DNA of 64,000 bases, from NCBI RefSeq assembly GCF_006345805.1, contig NC_042997.1:168578001-168642000 (forward strand), in the 5' to 3' direction. The stretch is from Octopus sinensis (lineage: Eukaryota). Under the pieces are notes generated by a model. It saw only the letters and a program-made list of their open reading frames with translations. It was not told the DNA's origin and did not search any database. Within the stretch, counting starts at the first letter, position 1, and each line of letters begins with the position of its first letter. Positions 1-54,599 of this stretch are shown here, piece after piece. Both the position numbers and the translations under genes were made by a program.

Positions 1-125
1 AGGAGGAGGAAGTGATAACTGGCAATGCAAAATGTGATGTGGAGAATAATGTGCAGAGAGAAAAAGGGAGAAGTGCTCAGTGACCAGGGCAGAGATCAGA
101 GGTAAGAATAAATATATATATATAT

Positions 126-624
126 ATCAAATTAAGCAACAAGGATATCCAGAGGTAATGCAGCAATTCCATTTAATTGAACAATGCAATCATTACATCA
201 ATTTAAATGCAGAGCAATCATCTGCTGCACAGAGACAGAATTTAATTAAATTAAAACAGATGGACACATTAATATAATTTTGCCTAAAATCTCCAAGAAG
301 TTAAGGAGATAGACAAAGAACATTGTTGCCCTTCCTTCCACTTAGAAACTACTAAGTTATCTGGAAGAAAGATACTTCCTGATAACTTAATAGTTTCTAA
401 GCTGAAGTGAAGACAGCATGTTCTTTGTCTATCTCCTTAACTTCTTGGAGATTTTAAGTAAAATTATACTAATATGTCCATCTGTTTTAATTTAATTAAA
501 TTCTGTGCAGCTGAGGATTGCTTTGCATTTAAATTGATGTAATGGTTGCATTGTTCAATTAAATGGAGTTGTGTGAAACGATTGTACTGCATTAGCTCTG
601 GATATCCTTGTTGCTTATTTTGAT
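126..624. repeat. ~500-bp foldback palindrome
   Basis: The left arm is the reverse complement of the right arm almost to the centre (inner CTTAGAAACTA...TAGTTTCTAAG). Confidence 0.9.
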
Positions 625-898
625 TCTAAGCACCTTATTTTGAAATTGCATGGATAATACCATACTAAATTCTAGTGCCTCAACTTAAGTACCATATTCA
701 TCTGAATCTAAATTTTTGCTGAACTCATATATATGTGTGTGTGTGTGTATAGAGTGATAAACAAGAGTGGGTGGAGCATCAATGGCTGATATGACATAGT
801 GTTCAACAGTGGTAAAGGAAGGTGTTGAGAATGTTAAGAGGCTCTTAGGAAAGGGAAAACTGGTAGTACAAAAGTGTAAAGGATGAAATGTATGTATG

Positions 899-932
<34 letters not shown>

Positions 933-1671
933 TGTATGTATGTATGTATGTATGTATGAATAGTGTGTAAGGGAAAAGGAAGGAGAGTGTAGAAAATTCT
1001 CATCTTATGTCATCTCATCTCATCTTTTCCACTCACTTATTTCTGGGAGGGTTGTGGGGGCAGAGACCTCAAGCAAGCCTTCCATTGTGTTTTGTCAGAA
1101 GCAACTGTCTCCAATTGATCTGGCTGGATCCTCAAGTGAAACCAATCACAAGCCCAAGAATGTTATCCAACCATCTTGCTTGTGGTTAACCCCTGGATCT
1201 TCTGCTGGCTGGATTTGCCTGTAAAACCTATCCTGTGATTCTTCTTGAGACATTCTTACCACTTGTCCATAGTATCTGAGCTGTGATCTCTGAATTTGAA
1301 GAATTAGCAATTCTACTTGGAGAGACTCTCTGATCTCTAAGTTACGCACCCCGTCGAGTAACATTACTCCAAAGACCCTTTGGGGGAACCCTATCTCAGT
1401 CACTTGCATTTATGATCATATTCTTTCAATCGTTACCAAAGATGTATGACCATGGGTAAGAGTAGGCAGTTACCTATAGTTGAAGATATCAGGTTTGGCT
1501 TTTACACCTACCTGCTGTCCTCCAATGACTAAACATTGAAGTTGGTGCATTACTGTGCCAGCTCCTAATAGCAAATTAATTTTTAAAATAGCAAATGACC
1601 ATGAAAAGTATTATACAAATTGCTTAATCAAATTTTAATTTCTTTATAATTAATAGGAAACTGGTACTTAC

Positions 1672-41049
<39,378 letters not shown>

Positions 41050-44000
41050 GATTCCTTAAATTCCAGAAACAACAAACTCTTATGAAATACAAAGTGAAAG
41101 AAATTACTATGTGCTAGAAGTTAAATCCATCCACAGGTATACAAATATAAAGTGAGGATTCTATAGAATTTCATAAAGTTTGTTAACTGGAATATTTCTT
41201 GAATATAAATGAATGGAACTAAAGTGAAAATTCAGTGGTATGAAGTTTTTTTGTTTTTCTTTCAATCTGGTGTTTTAAATCATGTGGTTAATCTCTTAAT
41301 CCTTTTGACTTTGGGGTGATTTGAATCTGCAAAAGGGAAGAAAAAATGAAATGTTAATATTTTTCTGGAATTAGATGAATTCTTCAAATTGCTATTCAAC
41401 TTAAGTTTAGGTTTTGCATTCATCCTCATCATCGTTTAACGTCCGTTTTCCATGCTAGCATGGTTGGACAGTTCGACTGGGGGCTGGGAAGCCAGAAGGC
41501 TGCACCAGGCTCCAGTCTGATCTGGCAGTGTTTCTACAGCTGGATGCCCTTCCTAATGCCAACAACTCCATGAGTGTAGTGGGTGATTTTTATGTGCCAC
41601 CAGCACAGGGGCCAGAGGAGGCTGGCAAATGGCCACAATCGGTTGGTGCTTTTTACGTGTCACTGGCACAGACGCCTGTCAAGGTGGCACTGGCATCGGC
41701 CACGTTCAGATGGTGCTTTTTACATGCCACCGGCATGGGTATCACAACTACAATTTCCATTTGATTTTTATTTTAATGTTGATGTACTTGACTCAATAGG
41801 TCTCCTCAAGCACAGTAGGTCGCCCTACAATCCAAGGTTAGCACAGCAGGCCATCCTGCGAGCCATGAACTCACTTCATTTGTCAGGTCTTCTCTTTAAC
41901 CCTTTAAATACCAGCTACACTGAGGTCATCTTTGATTCCATGAATAAAACTTCCTGCTTTAAAGTGATCCAAATTGAGATCTTCCATCAAAATTCCTTTC
42001 TAAATTTATGTTCCAAATTCTAATTTTATGTTCCAAATCCCAGTCTAAAATTGACAAAGTTATTTTACAAAATACTTCATTTTACAAAAATAATTTAATT
42101 GAAGGCAGTGTACTTCAACAGAAGTATGGTAACTAAAGGGTTAAATGGATGACAGACATTTCTTCCTCTTGATGAGATGTCTATTGCCAGTAATTTTCCC
42201 AATATCTTTATTGTTCACAGCTGCGTCAACAGAATTGTTCTGCAGAGACATAATGGACATTGAATTTGAATCTATCACACTTGAACAAGCAGCTCCCTTC
42301 ATTCAGCGACACAAACATTCAATATGTATAAAAATTTGTGTACAGACGTTATCATATATCTCTTGTGTGACAACATTACAACAGATGTGCCTAGCTCAAT
42401 GTGACTAACATATGGGTGCAGATATGGTGAAGTGATTAACGATAGAGTTGAAGCTTGATACTCATCCATGGAAATTTTTTTTTAAATTACAGAAAATTCT
42501 TGTAATAATATCATGAATATAAACAAATAAATAAATAAATAAATAAATAGATAAATAAATAAAGCTTTGGCTTATTTTGATTATCCATTCATTCAGTTAT
42601 TTAAGTCAACTCAAAATTCATGTTGAAATTAATATCATCATAATTAGAAAATATTTTAATTCTGTAGCAAAAAATGTGAGGAATGAATGGAGGAGATTAA
42701 GGGCTGATTCAATTTACAATACAGGCAACCCATCTAGAAGAACAGTAACTCTGAAATAAAATTGAGGCAGGCTAGAGGAGACTGTTTGGTCTAGCCACAG
42801 AAAACCTCTCTAATGCTTGTGGTGTGATAAAAAGTACTCAGTCTACAACTGTAAAGTGGTTGACAATAAGAAAGACATTCAACTGTAAAAATTTTGGCAG
42901 AAGAAAACAAATTATGACATACACAGCAACAAAGCTTAGTAGATTTCTATGTTATTGTGTGTGCAACAGAGGATGAATGACCACAGCAAGTGCCATGAGG
43001 CCCACCCATGCAGTCCATACCAGCATGGAATAATGGATGGTAAAAAAAAATGGATGTAGAATGATGATGATGATGAGGAGGAGGAGGAGGAGGAAGAGGA
43101 GGTTTATGATGATGATGACGATGATGATTTTATTTTTTTTAAGGCATTAGTAGAACTGAGAGATTTAGTTTGCTTAATAGAGATTCCTATGAAAGTTTCA
43201 TAATTAAATAAACTTGGTCTTGTTTGTTTCTAGTATTTTCTTATTATTGCCAAAGCTACATTTTTGCTTTAAGCTCTTTTGTGATTTTAAATAAATAATT
43301 ATACAGAAATCTGACGAAAATAATTATGCAAAAAATAAATAAGGGAAAAAGAAAAAGAATAAAGAAAATTTAAAAAAAAAGACAAAAAAATATTAATTTC
43401 ATATATTCCAAGATGCCTGAAGAGAGTTGTGCCATTTTCAAATCAACATTTCTTTTTTTTTTTTCTTTTGTGTCACAGAAAATGTGTAAGAACTATCTCT
43501 GAAATTAAATTATGATGAGTGTTGTTCCGTACAAAAGCTAGCTTCAATAGTTGCTGTCTGTTATAATCATAAAAAACCCATCTCTATGTCTGTCTGTCAA
43601 TGTCATTTTTTTGTTGTAAAATATACTTGGTCACCATGGTAATTAAAACACAGTGTATTATGTTTCTAAACATGGAAAAACCATTGCACTATAAGAACTT
43701 TACACAAAATAGTTTTTAATTCATCTTATTCAATGCATTGTAATTACTGAATGTATCATTTCACTTTATTTTGCTAAACTTTAACACATGTGTAAACATC
43801 TTGGGTCATTTCATTTATGTTTTCTTTTATGAAACTTTTTTTTTTCTTTTTGCAACTTATACATGTTTAAATATAGTCAGATATAGTGCATGTTTCAATA
43901 TGTGTATAAAACAAATATTTGTCTATCCTTCCATTCCACTTTTCAATTATCATAGTGTGACAAAATATACAAGACAACATAGAAACAAGGGGAGTGAGTA

Positions 44001-47000
44001 AGGAATGTGAATTGGAGTTCTGTTATATAATGTTAAAAAAATCTGATAAGAATGAGAGAAATTAAGTACTGAATTGATTTCTTAGTTTATTATTATGAGA
44101 GAGTAAGACAGTGAGCTGGCAGAATTGTTAGCCTACAGGGAAACATGCTTGGCAGCATTTTGTCCATCTTTATGTTCTGAGTTTAAATTCTACCACGGTT
44201 GACTTTGCATTTCATCCTTTTAAGGTCAATAAAATAAGTACCAATTGAGCACAGGGGTCAATGTAATTGACTTACTCCTTCCCTGAAATAGCTGGCCTGG
44301 TACCAAAATTTGAAACCATTATTACAAGACAAAGTGAGTTAAACCATACGATGGCTCCAGAAGTTTTTATATTACTGTAATATTTTGTGAACAAAATATT
44401 TTGTTTTCATAAATCAAGATGAGTGAGGCCAAAATAAATTGTTTATTGATGATTACAAATATTGATTACTTTTTTTACTTTGGCACAAAGCCACACATAT
44501 ATTGGAGATGATTCTTACTTTGGTAAAAAGCCACAAAATTTATAAGAAAGGAAGTTAGTTGATTGAATTCCTATGAGGGCATGACTAATGTTTATTTCTC
44601 ATGATGTGAGAGGGGTGAAAATCAAACATAAACTTTTGCAGGATTTGAAATCAGAATGTAAGAGAGATTAAAGTTAATTACTATTAGAAATGTAGATCAG
44701 CATCCCACTATTTCAGTTAAATTTAACCATATTAATTTATTATATAATAATGCTAACCAATTTCTATGTGGCCATTCAACTTGCTAGATGTAGTTGTTAA
44801 ATTTCCTTCAAATCAGAGTCTAATATGTTAAAAAGGATAGATTGGATAATGTGATTCTGAGTTTTCTATGCATTGGAAAAAGATAGGATGGTCATGAATG
44901 GAATACCTTTCTCTATAGAGCTGCTTGATCAAAACAAACTTATGATGAAACAACCACATTACATAGGTACAGTGTCTCTGGTTTGCAGAGAAGTTAATAT
45001 TAACTGAGATGTACACCATCTTTTCTCATTGGCATTTGCAGTATTATAATTTGCTACAGAAGCATTTAATTTTAAAATTTATCAAATTAGAATAATAGGA
45101 TGTTGTGAGGTTCAAACTAGATCTTCCTTGATTTCCTTGCTGTTTCTTGTGAGATATTTAGCACTTTTGTAAATATCGTTAGTTTAAATAAGGAGTAAAG
45201 AAACTTTTTTGTATCAGGGGTAAATTACAAATGCATAACAACATTCAGGATTTAATCTGTACTGAGAAAAATAATGAAATTTTAATTTTACAATTCCATA
45301 AGCCTTCAACTTTATATCAAATTTCTGAAGGCTTAAACACTTTCTTTTTTTCTTTTTCTTTTTTTTTTTTTTTTTGACTGACATTAAATTACTAAAGGCT
45401 TAAATCCTTTTTTAAAATTTTAATTGAATTACCAAAGACTTAAACTGGATTTTTTTCTGAATAGATTTTTAGAGATTTCATCAGCAGATGGTTTCAATTT
45501 TGAATGTGGGCAGAATTATGCTCAAGGGCAAGGGGTGCTCCACCCTAGTTGAAGTAGTTAATACTCTAACTTGAATTAACTTCTTAATAGTCTGGCAAAA
45601 AAAAGTCCCCTGCTTCAAGCGTTATTTATCCTCAGAAGAATAAACACAGTTAAATGAAAACTATAAAGAAATGAATTATGCTTTTATCATGTGAAACAAA
45701 TATTCTGTCTTTGGTGAAGTTACAATTCTAATATAGACAGTGCTTTCTATTATAGACACAAAACCTGAAATTTGAGGGGAAAGTCAAACTCAGCAGAATT
45801 TGAACTCAGATAAAATGCTACTAAGCATTTTGCTCAGCATACTTGATGATTCTGCCAGCTTGCTGCCTTACATTCTAATGTAGATAATAATGATACAATG
45901 CTAATATAAATAATAATTATTCTGCAGCGTGGAAGGTGTTTATAAGCCATTTAAGAAACATACAAAAACTGTTAGATTCACTTCAACATTTAAAATTAAT
46001 TTGTCTCAGATCAAGTCACTTGCTATGCAAGTACATCTCCGTAATAATTATTCTATTTTTGATATAAAACCATAAATTCATAAATTTTACACCCTACACC
46101 AACTTTTCTCCATAACATGGTACTTGTGTACTCCAAGAATCTATTCTCTCTGCTCACTCCTTTCTTTGAGGTTTTGATAACAATGACTTCCAATAACTCT
46201 GGTCAAGAGTCTCTTTTCTCTATTCTGAATTTATTGTTTCTGTTTCTACCACTCCCCAAACTCTTCCAATAACCATCACCTATTTGGCAATCTCTTTTAC
46301 TTGTATCAAAGACGTCTATCTCACCTCATTGTTTTTCCTTGTCATTATTCTAACTGATTTCCATGTAAACAAATTCTCTTGGTTCACATACTAATGTTGG
46401 TTTTGTAAATAAAATATAAAACAGAAATAAATTTTGAAAGTTCAATCAGGTACTCGGCTATTTCTGACATTCAAAGATGATCTTTGTGAATACGACTTCA
46501 TTCTCTGATAGTTCATCTACTGACAAAACAATGAAACCAGCAAGTCAACAAGGAATGAAACAAAGAGATAAACAAGTCAATGATATAGCAGCCTAATCTC
46601 TGTCAAATAATATTCCACTTGATAGGAATTTTTCTTCATTATGAATAAGTCAGTAGAAGAAAACAAAAGCACTGATCAACCTCCTGATGAACTTCTAAGT
46701 TAAGAGGACATAAACACACCAACATTGGTTGCCAAGCGGTGATGGGGGAACAAACAGGCTCAAAGACACACATGCACAGATATATACATACATATATATA
46801 TATATATTTTATATTAAGGGCATTACTATACATAAATGCCTCATGCTAGGAGGGACTCTTAAAGTCAAACTACCATAATAAACACATTTATATATAGTAA
46901 AGCCCTTAATATAAACAAATGTATTTAAAGGGAATAATTAATAAATTTTCCCTTATGGCGTTTTTCATGCTAACTACTTGATAAATTCTTATAAAGATTT

Positions 47001-49315
47001 TATCCTATTTTTAAATTGTACATACATATATATATATAAAATGGGCTTCTTTCAGTTTCCGTCTGCTAAATCCACTTACAAGGCTTTGATCCGTTCAAGG
47101 TGCCACACAGTGGGATTGAACCCAGAACCTGTGGTTGGGAAGCAAGCTTCTTACCACACAGGCCACACCTATAAAGTATATATATGTAGAAAGGTACATA
47201 TTGCAATGTAGTAAGTCTAGTGCTTTGAATATCTTAAAACCCTTCTGCACTGTATAACTAATAAGAATTGATCTAGCAAGGAAACCTCTTTGTGGTCACT
47301 CAGCCTACTAGAAATAATAGCAGCCACATGTCTATACCATCACACTCTACAGTCTTTTAAGGAAAGACAAACATAGTGCACATTGTAGTCTCAGACATTC
47401 AAAAATATATGATGCTCAATGCTGAAACATATCGGTAATGCTTGATCAACACTGACTTATGTCTGAATAATGGTTTTTGATTAAGGCACAAGGCCAGCAG
47501 TTTTGAGAGATGGGGGTTAGTTGATATCATTGATCCTAATACTTGATTGATGCTTTATGTTATTAATTCAAAGAGGACAAAATGCAATGTCAGTTTTGGT
47601 AGAATTTGAACTCAGAATACAAAAAGCCAAAAGAAAAGTGACAATGCAGTTTTTCTAAAGTTTGATTGATTCTGCCAACTCATTGCCTTCTTGTAGCAAA
47701 ATAACAATGACTTAGTTACTTATCAAATATTTTATGTAAAACCACAAAATTCCTAATAAATATACTTAATGTAAAAATATATATTATCTTAAAATTATTG
47801 CTGTAATAAGTATAGTTCATCTAAAAAAAAATTACTTATGTAAAAATACATTTTATATATTTAGTATATTATACATGCAGTATATTTTACATAGAATTTA
47901 TTGTTGTAAAAAAATATTTGTTATATATGTAAAATATTTTATATAAAACTTATTACTTTATGTAATATTTATAATTTATACAGAACTACAAATTAGAAAG
48001 ATTAGATATGAACTAAGAGCAATGCTAGCTGTAATGGGTCTGTTTCAATGTTAAACATGTGTACATGGTCTTATCTATTTGTCATCTAATTTTCTCTTTG
48101 TAGAGACTTTCCTCCCACATAATTAGCTTGGGAGACAGAAGTAACGTGAAATCAATTAGAAGTGTTGGCTGCTGTCAGTATAGGTTGTCATTAATGTGTG
48201 GGTAACCTTACCACAAGGTGAATAACTGATGTCATACAATGCCCTTCAGATGTTTTTTTCTATATAATGAACAACTGGTGTCATACAATGCACTTAATAT
48301 TATTTCAGGTTATGAGGTGGCAAGCTAGCAGAAATGTTAGCACACCAGGCAAAATGCTTAGCAGCATTTAGTCTGTCTGCATGATCTGAGTTTAGATTCT
48401 GCCAAGGTCAACTTTATCTTTCATTCTTTTGAGGTTGATAAAATAAGGACCAGTTGAGCACTGGGGTTGATGTAACTGATTTAGCCCCTCCGTTGAGAAT
48501 GCTGGCCTTGTGCAAAAATTTGAAACCAATAATATTTCAGATAATGAGGAAGTAGAAAATTAAGAATACTGGAATAATATGATGGAAAATTCTGAGGTCA
48601 TTATTTACATATTATTCATTATTTATTATTAGGAAAATTTATAATTTTTGACATTTTTTTCTTTATATAAGGACAATCTGGCATAACTTTATTAACCCTT
48701 TTGTTACCATATTTCTGTTGAGATACTCTGTACTTCTTTCAGTTAATTTTAAATATAACAAAGAATTTAGTAAAATAACTTAGTTATCATTAAGCTAGTG
48801 TTAGAAACATTAATTGTGACTAAGGTTTGGTAGAAGGTTTTAATTCAGAACTTTTGAAAAGCAAGACATTTATACTACATAGCCAAAGGTGGTTTCAGCT
48901 AGGTTGGTATCAAAAAGGTTAAACCAACATTAAACTGTTTGATCAGACTTCAAATGGGATTAGGAAACTTGTGACTGCACTTCAATTCATGCCAATGGCA
49001 TGGGAGCGAATCAGGAGGCACTGGCATTGGCCACATTCAGATGGTGCTTTTTATGTGCTGCTGGCAAAGGAGCCAGTTGGGGCAGTGGGGCTGGCATCGA
49101 CCACGTTTGGATGGTGTTTTTATGTAGGTGGTGAGCTGGCAGAATCATTAGCATGCTGGGCAAAATGCTTAGCAGCATTTCATCTGTCTTTACACTGAGT
49201 TCAAATTCCATGAAGTTTAGCTTAGCCTTTTGTCTTTTCAGTTGAATATTGAAACGAAAGTAATCAACTGGCCACTGCCCCCAAAATTGCAGGCCTTGTG
49301 CTTATATTAAAAAGG

Positions 49316-49373
<58 letters not shown>

Positions 49374-51691
49374 GTGTCTGTGTTCAAATTCAGACATTTT
49401 AATGGATTCCAGTGCCTATGTCCCTCCCAAATAAATTTCTGGCCTATGTGTCAAATTTCAAAATATTACCAAGTTGGTAATTTTAAAGAAAATTTGTCTC
49501 AAATAGCTTTTCTGAAAAAAGTAAAGTAACTTTGACCTGCCAACAGATAACCAAATTCTTCCCCAGAGAACACATAGGATACCTTGATTCATGACATAAT
49601 AGACAGCTCAAACAATTTCCCAATAATAGTCGTTTCATTTCTTTTTTAAACCATAGATGTGTACAGCTGAAAGACAGGCTAATTAAACAAAAGTGTGATC
49701 TGTGAATGCAATACCTGTTGAGAGCACATACAAGCATGTATCAGACTTAACATACCGTATGCTTGCAGTGCATTAACAAAAAGAATAGTAAACATTACAC
49801 ACACACCCATGCACACAATACCACTATGCTTGTGCTTCATCATTTCCATTAAAGATTTCCTTATCAGTCTTTTATGTTTAATATAGCACAATAGTGTTCC
49901 AAAATCCATTTGACCATTAATGTTCCAAGACCTCATCTACAATGATTAGAACAAAATGATTATTATAATAGCATTTTGTCTGAACACTTTGCAGGAGATC
50001 ACAAAGCAGGGGTGGGGAAACCCTCACCCAATCTTTGCAATTGCACCTGCAAGCCCATTTTATTTCACCCACAGGCTGATATACGAATATGAACAAAATA
50101 TAGTAAATTTTTCAAATATTAAAGTTATACCAAATCAGTATGCCTATTTGTCAAAGCAAGTTTTCAGTGACCAGATGTCTTCCTTGTTGCTAATCCTCAT
50201 GAAGCAGGCAAAGTGTAATAGAGGAGTACCAATGATACACTTCATAAATCAACTAGTTAATGAATTATTAATTGATTAATAATATTAAGCATTCTGCAAA
50301 TCCAAGGATTATCCAACAACAAAGTATAGTATGTCTACCACAAAGTAAATATTAAGAAATGAATAAAGAATGAAGGCAATGTTATTTTATGTGATGATCT
50401 TTCCTATACTCTTTTTCTACAAATGCAGGAATAGTTAAGTTCCTCTACTCAAATAAAAGTCACCCATCAGTTATTGTTCAAATGATAAAATAATAAAAGG
50501 GATCTGCTGCACATGCAGTGTTGTGTTAAATTAGTTAATCAGTATACATTGAATCAAGCATGTCAAACTGCAGTTACTCTCTGGACCACATTGTTCATAT
50601 TCATGTTGCCAGGAGGCCCACGTATTTAACAACAAAGATTTTTGTCATACCAAGTCTTTATTATTAAGTAAAAACTATTAAAAACCTTTTTCTTGCTCAT
50701 CAATAATAACCCTATTTTTATTAATTAAATTATTATTAATTATTTTTACTATAAAAAATTTGGAGCGGGGTTCCCCTTTCTAAATCTCTCTAGCTAAGTC
50801 ACTTGCAGGCCACACTTGAGCTTGAAAAGGGCTGGATGTTTGACATGCCTGGTTTAGATCATATCTGTTGTTTAACCCTTTCATTACCGTATTCATTTTG
50901 AGATGTTCTGTGTTTCTTTCAATTATTTTAAATATAACAAAGAAATTAGTAAAATAACTTAGTTATCATTAAGCCAGTGTTAGGAACATAAATTGTGACT
51001 AAGGTTTGGTGGAAGATTTTAATTTTAAAATGATGAAAACAAGATATTAGTACTTCAGAGCCAGAGGCGGTTTCAGCCGGGTTGGTAACAAAAGTATTAA
51101 TAGGTAGGTTAAGTTTGTAAATTATGACATCCTCTTTTATGTTCAAATTACATGTATGGATATATAATTGCATATAGGGATGTGCGTGTGTGTACACATG
51201 CATGCATGTATGCATGTAGATGCACACGTGTGTATATGTTTATCTTTGTGTATGTCTGTGAGTTTGGGTACACACACCCACATACAAACTTGCATAACTG
51301 TTGCTCACAGGCAAGTATGATCTGGTAGTGTGTAACCGCTCTCTTGCTAATTGCTTTAGGTGCCTGTGTGGTTGTGAGTAGACATAAACACCTTCTCTGC
51401 CCACTCAGTCTTCAACCAGTGGAACACTGAGGATGTGAGAGCTGGAGGGAGAAAAGACTGCAGTCAGCTACTACTACTCATTACAGCTTAGTAAACTGGA
51501 GCAACGTGAAATGATGTGACTTGTTCAAGGACACAATGTGCTGCTTGGTCTAGGAATTGAACTCATAACCATATGAGACCAACACCCTTACTCTCTAAGT
51601 GTGCCTCCACAGGTACACACACACATACACACACACACATATATATATATTTAAATGTGTATATATATTTAAATATATATGTATGTATGCA

Positions 51692-51741
<50 letters not shown>

Positions 51742-51754
51742 ATATATAATATAT

Positions 51755-51845
<91 letters not shown>

Positions 51846-52925
51846 TAGATAGATAGATAGATAGATATATAGATAAATAAATGGATAAATAGATAGATAA
51901 ATAGATAGATAGGTAGATAGATGGATAGATATGCATATATATATGTAGATATATATATATACACATGCATATATATGTATAGAGAGAGAGAGCGATAAAC
52001 ACACACACATATATATGTGTGTGTGTGGCCGTGTGTATATGTACATATATTTGTACATATATGAACATATATTGGCCTGCTCGCTTAGCCAGCAGGGTGG
52101 CATCATTTGAAGGCTAAAACAATGTGAAGCGCATTGTGACCAGCGATGCGTAGCAACATCTGATAGCCTGGTCAGTCACAGTAGTCACAGTAATATGTAT
52201 ATACATATATGTATATATACAGAGAGAGAGAGAGAGGGAGAGAGGGTAGAGAGAAAGAGAGAGAGATAGAGAAATTCTAGGTAATACAATGTAGAATGAT
52301 GCAAAATATTAGGTAGAAACAATTAGTGCTCAGGCAGATTTTGCGCCTAAACTCCAGATACAGGAATGTGATACAGGGATGTGACAGATGCCTAAATAAA
52401 TATTGGCTACAGTCAATGTACCAATTGAGCTGGTGCACATATAAGAGAACATAAGCATAAACAGGTAGACAATAGGCATCAAGTCAGATTAAGGCATGTT
52501 TATAGTTCTAAACCATATAAAGAAAACCAAATACATTGCAACAATTGAGAATGTTCCACAGCTGAGACTTTTTCTAGATGTGTGTCCTATATTCCTTTAT
52601 GGATTGGGTTTTTTTTTTCTTTATATGGTGAGAAATATAATTTGACTTGATACCTGTTATTTGCCTGTTTATGCTTCAGTAAATGTTTGTATGAGGTTAT
52701 ACTTGTGTATAAGCGTAAATGTATATGTATGTATGTATTTGAGTGTCTGTGTTTGTCTGATGTTGGTGTGTTTATGTCCCAGTAACTTAGCGGTTCAGCA
52801 AAAAAGACCAATAGAATAAGTACTAAGCTTACAAAGAATAAGTCCTGGGATCGATTTGTTCAACTAAAGGGGATGCTCCAGTATAGCCACAATCAAATGA
52901 CTGAAGCAAGTAAAAGAATAAAAGA

Positions 52926-52956
<31 letters not shown>

Positions 52957-53086
52957 CATGAGTGAGGTGCGATCTACCTATCTGTCTATCTATATCTAGG
53001 TATACCAATATATATCATATATATATTATGTGTGCATATAAATATATATATATGATGGTATATGTAAATATAGGTATATATTATAT

Positions 53087-53163
<77 letters not shown>

Positions 53164-53250
53164 ATATATATATATATACACACACACATACACACATACA
53201 CACATACACACACATATATGTAGATGTGTGCATGAGTGTGTGTGCATGCA

Positions 53251-53294
<44 letters not shown>

Positions 53295-54125
53295 ATGGAT
53301 TATAACAAAAAGGTAACACTTACTTGTTAGATTTCTTATTTATTTCTTTTCTTATTTATTATTGTTGTTAACATCTTTTTGTTTTCTTTTATTTCTTGGC
53401 CTCTCTTTGGACAGTCTTCTGTCCGAATTCTTGTTTCCACAACTGTATGCTACAGTGTTCTTAGCTCTACAAATTATATATATGTTCACATTTCAAATGC
53501 ATACACACATACACACACACACCTATATATACAGAGAGAGAGCTAGTTAGAGAAGTGGGGAGAAAAAGTGGCAGGGTGGTAGGAAAGGAGAGTAGAGAAT
53601 GAGAAAAAGAGAGAAGAAAAAGAGAAAAAGAGAAAGAGGGAGAGGGTGAGAGATGAAGTAAAGTTCTTAGTGGTCGTGTTTCAACTTCTGGTATAATTTA
53701 CTTTGAAGACCAAAGACAGAGAGAAAGAAAGAGTTAGAGATAAATAGAGAGCGAGAGAAAATGGTAAAAGATGGAAAGATAGGAAAGCAAAGAGGGAACA
53801 GGGTATTAAAGGGGTAACTGATCCTGTTACATTTTTTGTTATTCTCTTCAACAGTTAGAACCGTCTGAAAAATTTAAGCGCTCTATGTTTCTATGTTCTA
53901 CTTTCGAAATTGCTTGTCGGAAAGTGGGAAACTTGATAAAATATAGAGCACAGAGTCTTTGAATTCTTTATTGCACCGGGAATCAGTTCTTATGATATAT
54001 GTATATGTAAATCTATTTTTCCTTGAGATAAAATCAAGAAATAGGTCTTCCGATGACCTATTTCTTGATTTTAGTATTAGAAGATTTATATTGAGATAAG
54101 AGTGTAATGTATGTATATATGGATA

Positions 54126-54161
<36 letters not shown>

Positions 54162-54222
54162 CATGGAGTGAGAGAGAGACTGATAGATAGACAGATAGAT
54201 AGATAGACAAACAGATAGATAG

Positions 54223-54290
<68 letters not shown>

Positions 54291-54599
54291 TATATACATA
54301 TATATATATATGTATGTATATATGTATATATATATGTATATATATATGCATATGTATGTATGTGTATGTATATATATACTTACACACGTGTGCATGCGTG
54401 CGCACACACATACATACATCCATACATACATACATACATTAATATAAACATAAGGAAAGGGGAATTATGTATATGCATGTGTTGAAAGGAAAACTATCAT
54501 AACTGAAATATAAGAATTCCAAAAGTTATACCCATTTTCCTTTTTCAATATATATCATTTTTAAAGTGGGTGAGTGGTTTTTCAGAAATGGTAATTCAT

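Noticed and set aside
49483-49737. Cys-containing ORF (NCLSCLLCHE) as a possible PSI exon
   Set aside because: The true PSI exon is 38972-39054. This one lacks the WC motif and lies upstream of the ATG.
51563-54485. Many long YI/CV/HT-rich ORFs in the track (also 29983-33061)
   Set aside because: They are translations of (TA)n, (TG)n and (CATA)n microsatellites.
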